Of a stretch of 64,000 bases of DNA, positions 12,050 through 25,754 are shown one piece after another. Under the pieces are notes generated by a model. It searched no databases, was not told the origin of the DNA, and was given only the letters and a program-made list of their open reading frames with translations. A program made the position numbers and the translations under genes. Within the stretch, counting starts at the first letter, position 1. Each line of letters begins with the position of its first letter. The stretch covers positions 120,466,001-120,530,000 of the forward strand of contig OX597815.1 in NCBI GenBank assembly GCA_951406725.2. The letters are read 5' to 3'. The DNA comes from Octopus vulgaris. Taxonomy: Eukaryota.

Positions 12050-12689
12050 ATGTATATATATATATATATATACACACATATATAAGAATGATAGGAGAGA
12101 TTGCTTTGGGGTATTTTAATATATTGATTGTTTATCATACCTAATCTCAAAGTAAAATGTTTGAAGACTTGTTCAGACCAGTTTGATTATAACAAGTATT
12201 TGAATAGCCAGAAACCAAGATGCAGTGATGAATAACATAACACAAACATATTATTTCTCTTACATTAAATAGTTCTTTACTGCATTCATATAACGTCTTA
12301 GCACACACATTGTCCTTCCGTCTATCCAGAGTACAAATGTTTACCAGATGATTCCCCAACTCTACCTCTAATACCATAATATAAAAATGAAAGTATAACA
12401 TGACTTTTTTTCGTTTTATACTTTTTGTGCATTTCAGTTGGAGATCTTTACTTTGGAATCTCAATGAAAAGACAGCAATTTTATTCCATTATATGATTAG
12501 ATGACGTTTATTCCAAACAACTTCCGGCAATTTCAAATTTTTTTGCGTGACTTAAAGAGAAAATATTCAAATTTTGCCCGGTTTTAATTCACAAAAAAAA
12601 AACTTAAGTTCACAGAAAATTATAAGTAATTACACTATTAAATTATTTATATGATATTAGTAATATTTCTTAATAATAATGTTTCATAA

Positions 12690-12898
12690 GGCTGAGAGCT
12701 AGCAGAATCGTTAGCACGCTGGGCAAAGTGTTTAACAGCATTTCGTCTGTATGTACATCCTGCGTTCAAATTCCACCGGGGTTGACTTTGCCTTTCCAAT
12801 CGGAATCGACAAAATAAGTACCAGCTGAGTCCTGAGGTTGATGTAATCGACTCACTCGCTTCCTCCGAAATTGCTTTCCTTGTGCCGAAATTTGAAAT
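12690..12898 (+). mobile_element. SINE family B
   Basis: GAGCTAGCAGAATCGTTAGCACG...GTTCAAATTCC...AATAAGTACCAG...CTTGTGCCGAAATTTGAAA. Confidence 0.85.
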
Positions 12899-13067
12899 TA
12901 ATAATATCTCCCACTAAATGTGTCGTACAAAACTATACGGTTTATAGGGGTGTGGATAGTCAAATTTACTTTAGAATATGACTAGCGGTCATTATATCGG
13001 CCCTGGAGGAAAGAAAGAGAAAGTCAACTCCAGCGGGATTTGAACGCAGAACGCAGTTGATAATTAG

Positions 13068-13272
13068 TGTTTCTAACATTGATACAAGGCCTGAAATTAT
13101 AGGGAGAAGTGTAGTCGATTAAATCGACCCCAGTACTTGTCTGGTGTTTTACTTTATCGAACCCGGAGGTATGAAAAGCAAAGCTGACTTCAGTAGGATT
13201 TAAGCTTAGAACGTGTAGAGTTAGGACACGAGGTATTTTCTGGCTCTCAAATGATTCTACCAATCCACCACC
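13068..13272 (-). mobile_element. SINE family B, diverged
   Basis: GTCGATTAAATCGACCCCAGT...TTTATCGA...ATGAAAAGCAAAG. Confidence 0.7.
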
Positions 13273-13304
13273 TTTAATAAAATACTTGTCTCTAATTTAT
13301 GCAC

Positions 13305-13515
13305 GTGGAGGCGTGTGGCTTAGTGGTTAGGGGTGTTGGACTCATGATCGTAAGATGGTGGCTTCGATTCCTGGACCGGGCGATGCGTTGTGTTCTTGAG
13401 GAAAATACTTCCTTTTACGTTGCTCCAGTCTACTTAACAATGAGTAGTCTTGCGACGGACCGGCATCCCATCCAGGTGGGGAATTTATACGCCTTTGAAA
13501 TCGGGAAACGGATGG
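13305..13515 (+). mobile_element. tRNA-derived SINE with Meta-domain-like body
   Basis: A box TGGCTTAGTGG, B-box-like CTTCGATTCC, GCGACGGACCGGCATCCCATCCAGG. Confidence 0.75.
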
Positions 13516-13632
13516 GTGCTTGTGGATTACATTGAGCCTAGCACAAGACTGACACTTCATCTTATCGACCCCCAGGGGGATGAAAGAAAAAATAGCTGAT
13601 CTCGTAAAATTACAATAATAATGATTATACTT

Positions 13633-14003
13633 GTTTCTAATATAGGCACAAAGCCCGAAATTGGGAGTTGGGGCTAGGCGATTACGTCGATACCCAGTAC
13701 TTTATTTCATCGACCGCGAAAGGATGAAAGATAATGCTGACTACGGTGAGATTTGAACTTAGAACGGGAAAAATGTCGCGAAACAGTTTGTCCTACCCAC
13801 CAACGATTCTGCCAGCTCCCCACCTTAATAATTATATATTTTTTCTAATTTTGGCATAGAGCTAGCAATTTTGAGGGATGCCTATTTTATCTTCTCCGAA
13901 AGGAGGAAAAGCAAAGCTGAACTCGGCGGAATTTGAACTGAGAACGTACAGAGCCAGAAGAATTACCGTGAAGTATTTTTTATGATGCATTAAAGATTCT
14001 ATC
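13633..14003 (-). mobile_element. Two tandem SINE family B copies
   Basis: CGAAAGGATGAAAG, ATTTGAACT(T/G)AGAACG and ACGATTCTGCCAGCTC motifs. Confidence 0.7.
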
Positions 14004-14329
14004 CAAACTCTTTAAAGGCAGGAAAGTATTGTATAAATGTGTTTGCCAAACGGGCAAAAAAAAAAAGAAAAAAAAAAAAGAAAAAGTGTAGCTTTTATAC
14101 TTGTTTTCATTGTAAATGAGCACAAAACTATAATAATTGTTAGTCTCGCACAATAAAATTTAGTCTCGCATTATCGAAAAGTGCCGTAAAATATTCCCTT
14201 TCCTTTGATGATGAACATATTCACGTAAAATTTTTACAGCATCTATTGATGTCTGCTATTCTCTAATGAAACATAAGTTGATGGTATTTGCTGTTTAAAG
14301 GTTAATAATAACAATTTCTTTCTACTATT

Positions 14330-14491
14330 GGGATGGGGCCTGACATTTTTTAGGGAGGAGTTTATTCGATTACATTGATTACGGTCGATTATATTCTGAC
14401 CTCGGTGGAATTTGAACTCAGAATGTGAAGTGCTGAACAAATACCCCAAAGCATTTTTGTGAAGATCCAACGATTCTGCCAGATCGCTGCC
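14330..14491 (-). mobile_element. SINE family B, diverged
   Basis: GACCTCGGTGGAATTTGAACTCAGAATG...AACGATTCTGCCAGATCGCTGCC. Confidence 0.7.
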
Positions 14492-14600
14492 TTTCTCGTT
14501 CCTGAATAACAAAAGGCGCACTTTTGTTTCATTAAGCGAATATCTTGTGACAATAAAATAGTTTGCTTTTGCCATTTTTTTTGTGCCACAAATATTCACT

Positions 14601-14762
14601 TACTCTTTTACTTGTTTCAGTCATTTGACTGTGGCTATGCTGGAGCACCGCCTTTGGTCGAGCAAATCGACCCCAGGACTTATTCTTTGTAAGTCTAGTA
14701 CTTATTCTATCAGTCTCTTTTGCCGAACCGCTAGGTTACGGGGACATAACACAGACACACGA

Positions 14763-14846
<84 letters not shown>

Positions 14847-15008
14847 GACTGGCTTCTTTCAGTTTCCATCTACTAAATTCACTCACAAGGCTTTGGTCGG
14901 CCCGAGGCTATACTAGAAGACACTTACCCATGGTGCCATGCAGTGGGACCTAACCCGGAACCATGTGGCTGGTAAGCAAGCTACTTACCACACAGCCACT
15001 TCTGCGCC
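14601..15008 (-). mobile_element. SINE family A, full length
   Basis: Tail, body, internal (CA)n(TA)n and head CACAGCCACTTCTGCGCC. Confidence 0.9.
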
Positions 15009-15314
15009 TATTGTAAGTTCTTTCCGTTTTTTTAGGGTGTTTCCATTTCTTGTTACTGTAGGCTCCATTTTCACGCATCTCAAGAGAAAAATATAGTGCA
15101 AAAAAAGAAACTTACGTTTTTTTCGGTAAGAAACAAACTCTACTGACTCAAAGAATTCTTTGTTTAAAAAGTTGTATTTTTTTCTTTTATTTTTTATTTA
15201 ATTTTTTTTTTTAAGAAGACATCTTTCGCCCACCTTTGTTAAATCTAAACTTATTCGGAGGTTCGAAAAAGTGAAGAAAACGCATCTCACTACTCCGATG
15301 ACCAATAACTCATT

Positions 15315-15712
15315 CTAATTTTAGCAAAAGCCTAGCAGTTTCTAGGAAACAGAGCTAGCAGATACCTTCGACCCACCCACCAGTGTTTGACTCGTGCATT
15401 AGTTTATCAAGAGGGATGAAAAGAAAGTTGACTCCAGCAGAAGTTGAACTGAAAACGTAATTAGTAGCAGGAAATACTATAAAGGATTTTGTTTTCCGAC
15501 GCTTAAACCGTCCTGCTAGTTCGCTGAGCGCTCTTCCCACCAAGCGGATAAGTCATTCGCTTTTTGCTTCGTTACCCAATAACAATAATAATAATGGTTT
15601 CAAATTTTGGCTCAAGGCCAGCAATTTTGGGGGACGAGATAAATCAATTCGGCGGAATTTGGACTCAGGCCGATGAGATGGACGAAATGTCGTTAAGCAT
15701 TCTGCCAGCTCG
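15315..15712 (-). mobile_element. Two decayed SINE family B copies
   Basis: GGGATGAAAAGAAAGTTGACTC; GGTTTCAAATTTTGGCTCAAGGCCAGCAATTTTGGGG...GGCGGAATTTGGACTCAG. Confidence 0.6.
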
Positions 15713-15717
15713 CTATC

Positions 15718-15750
<33 letters not shown>

Positions 15751-15772
15751 TTAATAATAATAATAATAATAA

Positions 15773-16311
15773 ATGCCCTGGCTCTCGTGGCTTTTGATCT
15801 TAACTTATCGGAAGTGCTATTATGTACATATTTTGTCTTCGTATTAAAAGATGGGTTACAGCAAATATTCTGCTCAATACCGCAGATTTGCTTGTCAGTT
15901 GTTTGACCTTAACTAGTTGAGCATATCCCTTAGTGGCTGGCGATATGTGCATCTCTGATACTGAGCAGGAGTAATGAGGGAGTATCATAGCCATGTGTTG
16001 AGAGGAATTCTTTGGGGTTTGGATAATTCCCCCTTGGAAACATGGGTATTTCGTTCAACATCCTTAAACAACGCTTATTCAAGGACCTTTTGAGCAGGAT
16101 GGGCTACCCGACCTGAAGAAAATTCTAACTGGGCCCCACCTGCAGGTTTATGTGCTGTTTGTTTTGATATGAGATCACCATGTCACGCACATATGGTTGT
16201 GATGCATGTGACTAGTGTACCCTTATCAGAGAGGTAGTCATGCTGGGTATACTGGGCTTCGTATATTTTACCCCAGTGTCACTTTGGTGGCATGAGCTGC
16301 TTTCTCTCAAC
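15773..16311 (+). mobile_element. Element E: ~555-bp non-coding element in (AAT)n (copy 1)
   Basis: ATGCCCTG start, CCCCAGTGTCACTTTG end region, (AAT)n on both sides; matches 41531, 44817. Confidence 0.9.
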
Positions 16312-16323
16312 AATAATAATGAT

Positions 16324-16380
<57 letters not shown>

Positions 16381-16636
16381 TAGCTGGATCCGTAAAAAAT
16401 TCACGGAAAATATAAAAAATGTAAGCATCTGTAAATTGTGTGCTGGTGCCATGAGAAATGTTTCTATATTGTAACAATTACAGAATATAGAAAGAAGTGT
16501 AAAACTGATAATTATATAATCCAACCAAAATATCTGAGTTACCCAAACGTAATCAGAATTGCTATTTAACCTTAAAATACATCGTACATATTCAAAGAAT
16601 CTTCTTGGCACAAACATACACACACACACACACACG

Positions 16637-16719
<83 letters not shown>

Positions 16720-16849
16720 GTACGTATGTGTGTATGTTTGTTTGTGCCTGTGTGCCTGTCTCCACACCGTCGCTTCTCAACCAATGTTTGTGTGTTTATA
16801 TCCACGTAATTTAGTATTCGACAAAAAAAAGGAACCATAGAATGGGACC

Positions 16850-17348
16850 ATAGAATAAACCAAATCCTCCAAATGCACACCATCTTAAAGAGAAAAAGAC
16901 AACCCAAGTTAATGAAAAGTATTCTAACACAATCCGAAGTACACTCGTCAACAACATCAAAACCCACGCAGAAAAAAATGCAGAAGACCTAACTGTGGTA
17001 TATGCGTCAACCTAGTTGAAGAATCAGAGTTCTTCAAACTGGGTCAACGTTTTACAGTGAAAAACAACTTCACATATGCTTTCAGAAAACCTGATCTATG
17101 TGTTTACTTGCTCAGGGCGTCAAGAGCAATATATTAGTCAAACTAAAAACAGTCCACACCAAAGGATGACTGTACATAGATCCCAAATTAAAATACGTGA
17201 ATATGAAGTGAACACATCGACATTTAAGTCACTAATGAACAACCCAACTTTAGAATTTTTCCCCTCTATAAATATAGGAAAAATGCAACCTATAATCAGC
17301 GCATTAACAAAGAACCATATTTTAACGCAAAATATACATCTCTTTTGA
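16850..17348 (+). pseudogene. Penelope-like element GIY-YIG endonuclease remnant
   Basis: KRKRQPK...KKCRRPNCGICVNL (CxxxxCxxC linker), then SENLIYVFTCSGRQEQYISQTKNSPHQRMTVHRSQI (LIY...YIG-like, conserved R..H). Confidence 0.8.
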
Positions 17349-17565
17349 ATGCTTCAACCACAGATGCCACTATTACAAGGATCTTAGAATAATACCCACG
17401 CAAATGTTAAAATCGATAGATATATTAAGAACAGTCGTTAGCCATGAATTTATTTAGAGCAGTTCCTGACACATCTGCTACAACCACAACAGGTCACTTT
17501 TAGGTCATTTGACCATGAAAGTAGAATCCACGGACAACCTCTACTACTGGGTTATACCACTCCCA

Positions 17566-17624
17566 CCTTCTTCTTCTTCTTCTTCTTCTTCTTCTTCTTC
17601 TTCTTCTTCTTCTTCTTCTTCTTC
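17566..17624. repeat. (CTT)n microsatellite
   Basis: Direct inspection. Confidence 0.95.
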
Positions 17625-17764
17625 GCCTTCTCCTTCCTTGGCTGCTGCCACTCAAACCATCTAACTTTAGAACCAAATATTTCTCTGCACCCATAAACAC
17701 TATTTTTTTCAGATCTGCTACTACCTGCCGAGCTTCGCAAAGGAGAAGAGAGAGACAGAAAAAA

Positions 17765-17980
17765 GGAAAATGTCCTACCTATTTGAAAAATTTGGGGCAA
17801 TAAACATACAATGATATAATAAAAGACGAATTAAAATTCCAGAGAAATGTACATAGAAGATAAATATCAGAAAAACGGAAAATGTCCTACCTATTTGAAG
17901 AATTTGGGGCAATAAAACATACAATGACATAATAAAAGACGAATTAAAATTCCAGAGAAATGTACATAGAAGATAAATAT
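17765..17980 (+). repeat. Tandem duplication of a ~103-bp segment
   Basis: GGAAAATGTCCTACCTATTTGAA...GAAGATAAATAT at 17765-17867 and 17877-17980. Confidence 0.9.
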
Positions 17981-18712
17981 GCAAGTTTACAAAAATACAA
18001 AACCAACCACATCACATTTATTTCTCTTATTTTTAAAGCTCATTTTATCAGCATAAATATTGGTCTTTATCGACTTGTTGCAAGCTCCTTGGGGATCATG
18101 AAGGGAGCTTCTACTATCCGAAATCCATATTACGATTTAATTATTAATTTTAATTCGTCTTTTATTATGCCATTGTATGTTTTATTGCCCCCAATTTTTT
18201 TATTGTAACAAATTTATACTAAATGTTTTACGAGTTTAAGCGTAAATTCAAGGTGTTATATATGCAACTTTGATTCTCTTGTATATTTATATATTTTTAT
18301 ATATAATATATTTATATATTACTAAATTTTTAAATTTTTAAACGTCGGGGTTTATATCTGTTCTGTAGATATAAATGAATATATGAATATATATATGTGT
18401 TTGATCATTCTGTGGATTTTGTAATGATCCTTTAGTTGCTGCTCGCATTGCCTCCCCTAGGATTAAAAAAGTGTATACAGCTCATTTGAGCACTACTATT
18501 CCAGTCTGTTATATATCTTGAACGTTGTTGTCACTAACGATCTCAAGATATAACTTTATATTTTGTAATATATATATATATATATATATTGATTTCTTAA
18601 ATACATATATATATATAATTTTTTTTTTAAAAGCAGGGAAAAAAGAAAAACAAAACAAGCGTGAGGACAAGCAAAGTATTAATATGACGCTCGGAGAAGG
18701 AAAAGAGTGATT

Positions 18713-18747
18713 GTTCTATGTTTCGAGCATAGCCCTTCTTCGGAAAC
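18713..18747 (-). ncRNA. Degenerate hammerhead-like motif in a Penelope-type repeat
   Basis: Minus GTTT-CCGAAGA-AGGGC(TAT)GCTC-GAAACAT-AGAAC; same family as 25417-25451 and ~10524-10556. Confidence 0.4.
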
Positions 18748-20317
18748 AGGAAAAACAGGAAAGTTCAAAAGGAAAAGAAGGAAGGAGGGGGAAAATCACT
18801 AATAATAAAGCAGGAGAGGGGAAGGAAAACTAAAGTAAAGTCGAGTGAAATGAAGTGAAGGGGAGAGTCACCGTAAAATTATGATACACAATGAATAAGG
18901 TGGCGTAATCCAATGGTAGAGAGAAATCCAGGAATTAGGTACTCCAAAACAATCGGAAGAACGGGGGGGGTGGGGTCTGTGTGAGCGTTCAGTAAATAGT
19001 TAATTGAAAAAACCCCAGAAAAAACGGGTAAAAAAGAAGTAAAGAACATATATATATATGTGTGTGTATGTGTGTGTGTGTTCAATTTATAGGAAAGATC
19101 TAGGGGAATAATTACAAGGTAGCCAGATGTTACTTAAGTGTCCTGAGAATCAATGATCACACTTGTGTGGGAGTTAATTCCAAGGAGAAGCGAGAGGTAT
19201 TTAGGAGAACATAGGAAAAATTGAAAATGAAGACAAACGCCCAAGATGTTATCAAATCATTTATATTTTCATATCACCTGTTAAAATGTCTATTTGATGA
19301 GCACTGTTGTTTATATCCTCCCTCATAAGATTGATGCATTGTTCAACATTATTCATCCTGTGGGATGTATTTTGAATGCATCCATCGAAACATATGTCGA
19401 TGATATGAAGATTTAAATGACTTGATAACATCTTGAACGTTTGTTTCCATTTTCAACTTTTCCTATAGTTCCTGTTCCTAGTAGTACGCCGATAAAACAT
19501 GTTCACTGTCAATGGCTACCGGATGTCATCCACGGAAATTACACAAATGTCGCTGGATCTACCTCAGGAATTCCTAGGTGTACGTTAGGTATAAAACAAA
19601 TGATTGAGACGGAAAATGGAATACACGGGAAACTTTATTGCTCACAACGATCGTCTCGATACATCCTGCATCGATCCCTTGCGACCAGGAAACTATACAA
19701 CTAGCTGTAGTGCGTCTCGTCAGGTGATGTAATAAGGGGTATATCGTTAAATATACTCCGTTTCGTTCGGTTTCAATACAATATGTTGTTAGTGACCTGG
19801 GGTAAGCCCAACGCACACGTACACACATACACTTACACACACATACAGACACTCACACAAATACACATATATATTTTTTTAATCTTTAATGTATGTGTGA
19901 GCCCACCTATAATCTAAGCATACAAGTAGTGAACACTACACAATCTGATCGATTTAATGTGAAGCATGTATTGAATACATTCACAGTATTCAATATGTAG
20001 TGATCAAGAAGTTATGATGTTCAGAACGGTGGATCTAGTATATATGGGAAATATCGAACACACTTATATAAATAAGGAAAAAAAATCATATCAAAAGTAT
20101 GTGAAAATACATATATACATACAACGTATGTGTGCGTGAGAACTTAATGTGTTTGGGTTTGTGTCTGTATACATCATGTTCGCAGAACAATTATATACAT
20201 ACATACATACATACATGGGTGTGGATAACACCTACATTGCTAAAAATAGGAGCAAAACTGTTTCAGTGCTGTTACAAAGCACATAACACACACACAATAT
20301 ATGTATATATGTATATA

Positions 20318-20369
<52 letters not shown>

Positions 20370-20437
20370 TATATATACATATATATATGCATATATATAC
20401 ATATATATATACATATATACATGCATATGTATATAAC

Positions 20438-20502
<65 letters not shown>

Positions 20503-20618
20503 ATGTATTTAGGAATGGTCATTTTGCCAGTTTAGCCAATAAAAACACACGCACTATATATTTCGTGTTAATTTGCTTCAGCATTATTTAGTTTTTACAT
20601 TAATCTTAATCTTATTTC

Positions 20619-20663
20619 GGCCAGAGTTCTTTCGTCACACTACTGTGACCTCATCAGTGGTCC
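20619..20663 (-). ncRNA. Type I hammerhead ribozyme motif downstream of a Penelope ORF
   Basis: Minus GGACCA-CTGATGA-GGTCACA(GTAG)TGTGAC-GAAA-GAACTC-TGGCC; intact core, same strand as the ORF. Confidence 0.75.
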
Positions 20664-21055
20664 TTTGCTTTCTTCTTTCTTATTTGTGTGTCTCTCCTTA
20701 CTAACGGTCTGCCATTTTGTATTTTGTATTCCTATTGTATGTGTCTTCATTTGCGCATGCGTATGCCTCTATATGTGTCTATGTTTAGTTAGTGTATGTG
20801 TGTGAGGGGAAGTGCCTGTAATATTTGTATCGCCTGTTTATACCTGTTTATACGCGTTCCTGTAATTTGTTTTTGTTTATTTTTATTTTGTTCATGTGTT
20901 TACACCTACTTATTATTTTTTTTGGTTGTATTTAGTTAAATTTTTTATTAATGTATCTTGTTATTTACTTCCATTTGTTTCTTTATCTGTGTATTTTATT
21001 ATGTTTTTAGTTTTGTTTATATTGTTACAAGTTTATGGAGATCTTCTTTAATATG

Positions 21056-22075
21056 CTATGGTGTGTTGGGGGTGTGTGTACTAGTGTTCCATTCCAGTTT
21101 CCTATTCAGGCTAGGTTTATCTTCTCTTATATGTGTAGCTTCCGTAATTTGTCTGATTGTTGCGTTTGTTCTATGTGTGGACAAGGTTTTAACTTCTATG
21201 TTATTGAGTGAGCCCCCGTGTTCCTGCTCGGCGTGTTGGTACAGAACCGATGAGCTCTTTTCTTCCTGAAGTTCTCTCCAATGTCCATTTACCCACTCTC
21301 CTATGCTCCGTGCCGTTTCCTCTACGTATGTCGTTGTCTTGTTACTGCATCGTCCCTCTATACATCTTATACTATAGACTACATTTCTGGCTTTACAGTT
21401 TGTTTGTGGGCTAAATCTACACACAGTACAGTTCCTATCCGTACAGGGGGTTCTACTAAAAGGGTAGGTACTACCAATTAGGGATTTGATAGGGTTGCCT
21501 GGCTTTTCAACAACCTTAATCCTTTGCTTAAGTTTGTTTAAGGCCCTTTTAAAGCGGTACGCCTGTCCGCCTCTAGGGGTGGTGTCGACGAACATGACAC
21601 TCTGGTATTTGTGGCTATCATACCAAGAGTTGGCCTTCCCTATTTTCTTCTTAGTCCTTTCAATGGTGTTCCATGGCTTGCTCCTATAGAGTGGGCAAAT
21701 CCCATTCCTATCATTACATAACATGGCTCCTTTGTATACTCTGACCATTTCTTTATGGCTGTAACCTGAGAACTGCATGCGGTGAACGAAATGTTGTATG
21801 TGACTCTTTAACTTTGTAGGCTCGCACATGCGGAACAAATTTCGCATTATTCTGACGAGGTCTGCCATCAAAATATTGAATTTGACATTGTGCGCGATAG
21901 CTGAGTTCCGGTGGATCAAGTATTTGGAGGCCATAGGTTTGGCATAGTACGAATGAAGGATTCGGGTTTTATTATTCTCAGTTTCCAGCCAGAGTTCTGT
22001 GTCTAGTACTGGTAGTCTATGGTTAGGGTGTTTAGTGGGGTAGTCTATCGTGACCTTAATATTCTGGTGGAGCAA
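21056..22075 (-). pseudogene. Penelope-like retroelement, RT thumb + GIY-YIG endonuclease (5'-truncated, open 339 aa)
   Basis: IDYPTKHPNHRLPVLD, YYAKP..S..IH.NS, MQFSGYS, CTDRNCTVC...C..RNVVY.I.C, YVEET (YVGET), H...EH, RQITEA, LN; 3'UTR with HHR extends to ~20512. Confidence 0.9.
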
Positions 22076-22399
22076 AGAATGCCAGTTCTAATTTATCACT
22101 CTTTACAGTTCTCATCTTTTAAATTTATTGTACGAAACATTTCAGCTAATTTGTAAGTTTGTATAATTAGTCACCTTTTTCTGTATTTATGGTAGTAAAT
22201 TAGCCACATTCTACTTTAATAAATATAGTTTTAATTTTCAAATTTTAATTTTAGCTGCAATATTTTAAGTAAAATTTTCTTATTCTTTACTTTACTAGAA
22301 GTTATAGCTTTTACAGGTGTAATAACTTTTTCAGGTGTAATAACTTGTCCTCTACTTTTCCAGGTTTATAATCTTAAGAATATAACTTTTCATGCTCGC

Positions 22400-23420
22400 A
22401 TTTTTCCATGTAATCCATGATTTTTACAGGCATTGCTGTTATAAGATAATTAATGTGTCAATTAATAATTTAAGATTTTACCTTATAATATTTCAATTTT
22501 TCCATGTAAGTGATGATAATATTTCATTTAAATATATGTTTCATTTAAATATATGCTGTGAATGGATTATTTGATATTGCCAATTCACTTCAAACTAATG
22601 GCAGGGATTTTTACCATGTTGTTGGTTGCGCCATGGCTCACCAAAAGTTACAAACAACGTTTATTGATATGCCTATATTTAGGCATATCAATAAACGTAA
22701 CAATACAGGGCTTAGTAAATTTATCTGGTATCTAAAAACAATTTAATTTGGAAATGAATATTCTCTCTATTTCGTTACCGTATGATAAAGGTAAGCATTT
22801 CTGCTCGCTTTGTAATAGCGAAATGTTTTATATCCTATTCTCAGAGCATCCCCTTGTAAACACGTCTATAGAACATACCTTTAGTACCTATAAGTGATTT
22901 CTACCATTCTATATAATTTGACCTTTGATTGTCTTCTTACATTTCACTCCCACTAAATATATCTAATTAAGCTTTATTCTAAACCACCCATCGCTCAATA
23001 TTTCTCCACTATTAGTTTCCTGCTAATTTCTTTCTTTCTCTTCCTTCTCTTTCTTTATGCTACCTTTGACATTATATCTACTAACGGTTTTAAAAAACAA
23101 AAACAACTTAATAATCGTTCCTTCATCATTATACGCAGTCATAACATTCTGTTAAAATGTCTTATTGATGTGTTTGGTTTCTTTCTTTCCCTGATGAAAA
23201 GATTGCATTGTTTTACAACATTTTATTCTTTCTGGAATAATACCGATGTTGTCTTCGAAACATATGTCGGCAGTAAAAGAATTTGAATAACACCTGCATT
23301 TAACTCCATTTATTTATTGATCTCTATTATACAAAACATTTCACCTAAACCGGAGTTTCTACCTTTATAAACAGGTTGTTACATCCTTGTTACTTGTGTG
23401 AATTTTTGCTACCCTGGTAA
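22400..23420 (+). mobile_element. Second Penelope-like 3' end (decayed GIY-YIG, UTR, hammerhead)
   Basis: FRHINKRNNTGLSKFIWYLK...ILSISLPYDKGKHFCSLCNSEMFYILFSEHPLVN, typical of the PLE endonuclease C-terminus; HHR at 23189. Confidence 0.75.
23189..23270 (+). ncRNA. Hammerhead-like motif with extended stem II
   Basis: CC-CTGATGA-AAAGA...TCTTC-GAA-ACATATGT-C-GG; palindromic stem III, GUC site; decayed relative at ~19320-19400. Confidence 0.6.
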
Positions 23421-23565
23421 CTATTTATTTTTTCCGTGTTGTTTGTAAACACTGACAAAACACACATACATTTATATTTAAACATATATATATATAAATA
23501 TACATATATATATATACATATATATACACACGCACACACATATATATACATATATTATATATATG

Positions 23566-23601
<36 letters not shown>

Positions 23602-23746
23602 ACGACCACGAACCCACAAGAATAAACAAGAGAGACAGAGACAAGCAGAAACAAGGAACATGCCCCTTATATTTGAATACTATGCAAATATTTAAAAAAA
23701 ACTTTTCATTTAATTTTTTCCAAAATTTAATTGTTTTCCATACTTA

Positions 23747-23782
23747 CAGTTGAAAAAGTCTCAATGCCTGAAACCGGTACTG
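23747..23782 (+). ncRNA. Degenerate hammerhead-like motif
   Basis: CAG-TTGAAAA...GAA-ACCGGT-A-CTG; stem I and palindromic stem III kept, CUGANGA mutated. Confidence 0.35.
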
Positions 23783-23852
23783 AAATCTTTTTTATAGTAT
23801 TTTCTACCTTGACTTTTTTCCATATATCTACACACAAACACACACACACAAA

Positions 23853-24647
23853 CCGAAATTTGCCATGATGAATCGGTTTCTGACTGAAGAATGAAGGCTC
23901 TGAATTACTGTCCGTTTTTCCGTGTTTGTCAATTCGTGAATTTCACGTTCTTTATATATAAGTTTTATTCTATATTATCGCAGCGTACGTGCACCAATCC
24001 ATTTATGTTTGTCATATCTCCACTATTGCACGATGTCTTCAACTTTAAACTTCCCCTTTATCATCCGTCATTGCTTCTTCCTTAAATGTATTTTGGCGCC
24101 TCTTTACCAAGTTATTTTGGCGCCCCTTCCTCTCACCCTCTTTAATTCTTTCTTTCTCTCTCTCTCTCTTGGTCATTTCTCGGCCCTCCTCAATCCCCCA
24201 TCTCTCTTTCTCTCTCGACTCCTTGCAACCTGCTGCTGCTAAGCCATTCCACTGCTGACAGCCACCTGTACAACACATGTCTCCTCTACCGAAAAGGTAA
24301 CCGCTTCCCACGCTTGCTGATCAATTGTTTTGTCTCATTTTGTCTCAAAGTCGTAAGACGTCCCCGTATCATTCCTGTTTTTATTCGTTACTGTTTCCAA
24401 GTTTATCTTCGTCTCTTGTTTTCCTATTCGTCTCGGTTGTCACATTCTTTCCTTCTACCAAGCAAATCTAATGCCCATAGCTTAGCTTTTCCTTGGGGCT
24501 GGCCTTTTCGGAGCAAATCTCAGAATTAAACAGCCGAAATTTGCCATGATGAATCGGTTTCTGACTGAAGAATGAAGGCTCTGAATTACTGTCCGTTTTT
24601 CCGTGTTTGTCAATTCGTGAATTTCACGTTCTTTATATATAAATTTT

Positions 24648-24656
<9 letters not shown>
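23853..24656 (+). mobile_element. Non-coding element with 123-bp direct terminal repeats (pLTR/retrozyme-like)
   Basis: 23853-23975 = 24534-24656 with one visible mismatch; diverged relative on the minus strand at ~27480-27815. Confidence 0.75.
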
Positions 24657-25200
<544 letters not shown>

Positions 25201-25291
25201 AGATTTTGTTGAAGCGTTGACCAAATTTGATGAGAAGCAATATGCACGTGACATATATGTGTGTGCGTGTGTGTATATGTATTTATATATA

Positions 25292-25607
25292 CAGTAGCTC
25301 CTCGGTTTTCGAACAAGCCTGATCACGACTTAATCGTGCTTTATATATATATGTATATAAATATATGCAATTTTTTTTCCTCTGTCCTCCCACCTCGGGA
25401 TCTTTCTTTCTCCTATGTTTCCGACGAAGAGCTCCGCTCGAAACGTCATACCCTCCTTCTTCCCTTCTTTCCTGAGCGTCCAATAATACTTTATTTGTTC
25501 CACATCCTCGTGTTGTTGTCTTTTTGTTTTCTTGTTTGGATTAACTTTATATATATAAAGCACAACTTATTCGTGGTCAGAGGCGTTCGTAAACCGAGGC
25601 ACTACTG
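25292..25607. mobile_element. pogo/Tigger-like MITE with a nested Penelope-type fragment
   Basis: TA|CAGTAGCTCCTCGGTTTTCGAAC ... GTTCGTAAACCGAGGCACTACTG|TA. Confidence 0.75.
25417..25451 (+). ncRNA. Minimal hammerhead-like motif (CCGACGA variant)
   Basis: GTTT-CCGACGA-AGAGC(TCC)GCTC-GAA-ACGT-C-ATAC. Confidence 0.45.
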
Positions 25608-25698
25608 TATTAAATGAATATGAGAAAGGCAGGAGATAAAGTACGATTTATTCGTGATCAGGGTTGTTCGAAAACCGAGGTTCTTCTGTGTGTGTGTG

Positions 25699-25754
<56 letters not shown>

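Noticed and set aside
22860-23190. SECIS / selenoprotein-type Penelope (Naiad-like)
   Set aside because: No convincing SECIS fold or conserved in-frame TGA seen in these decayed copies.
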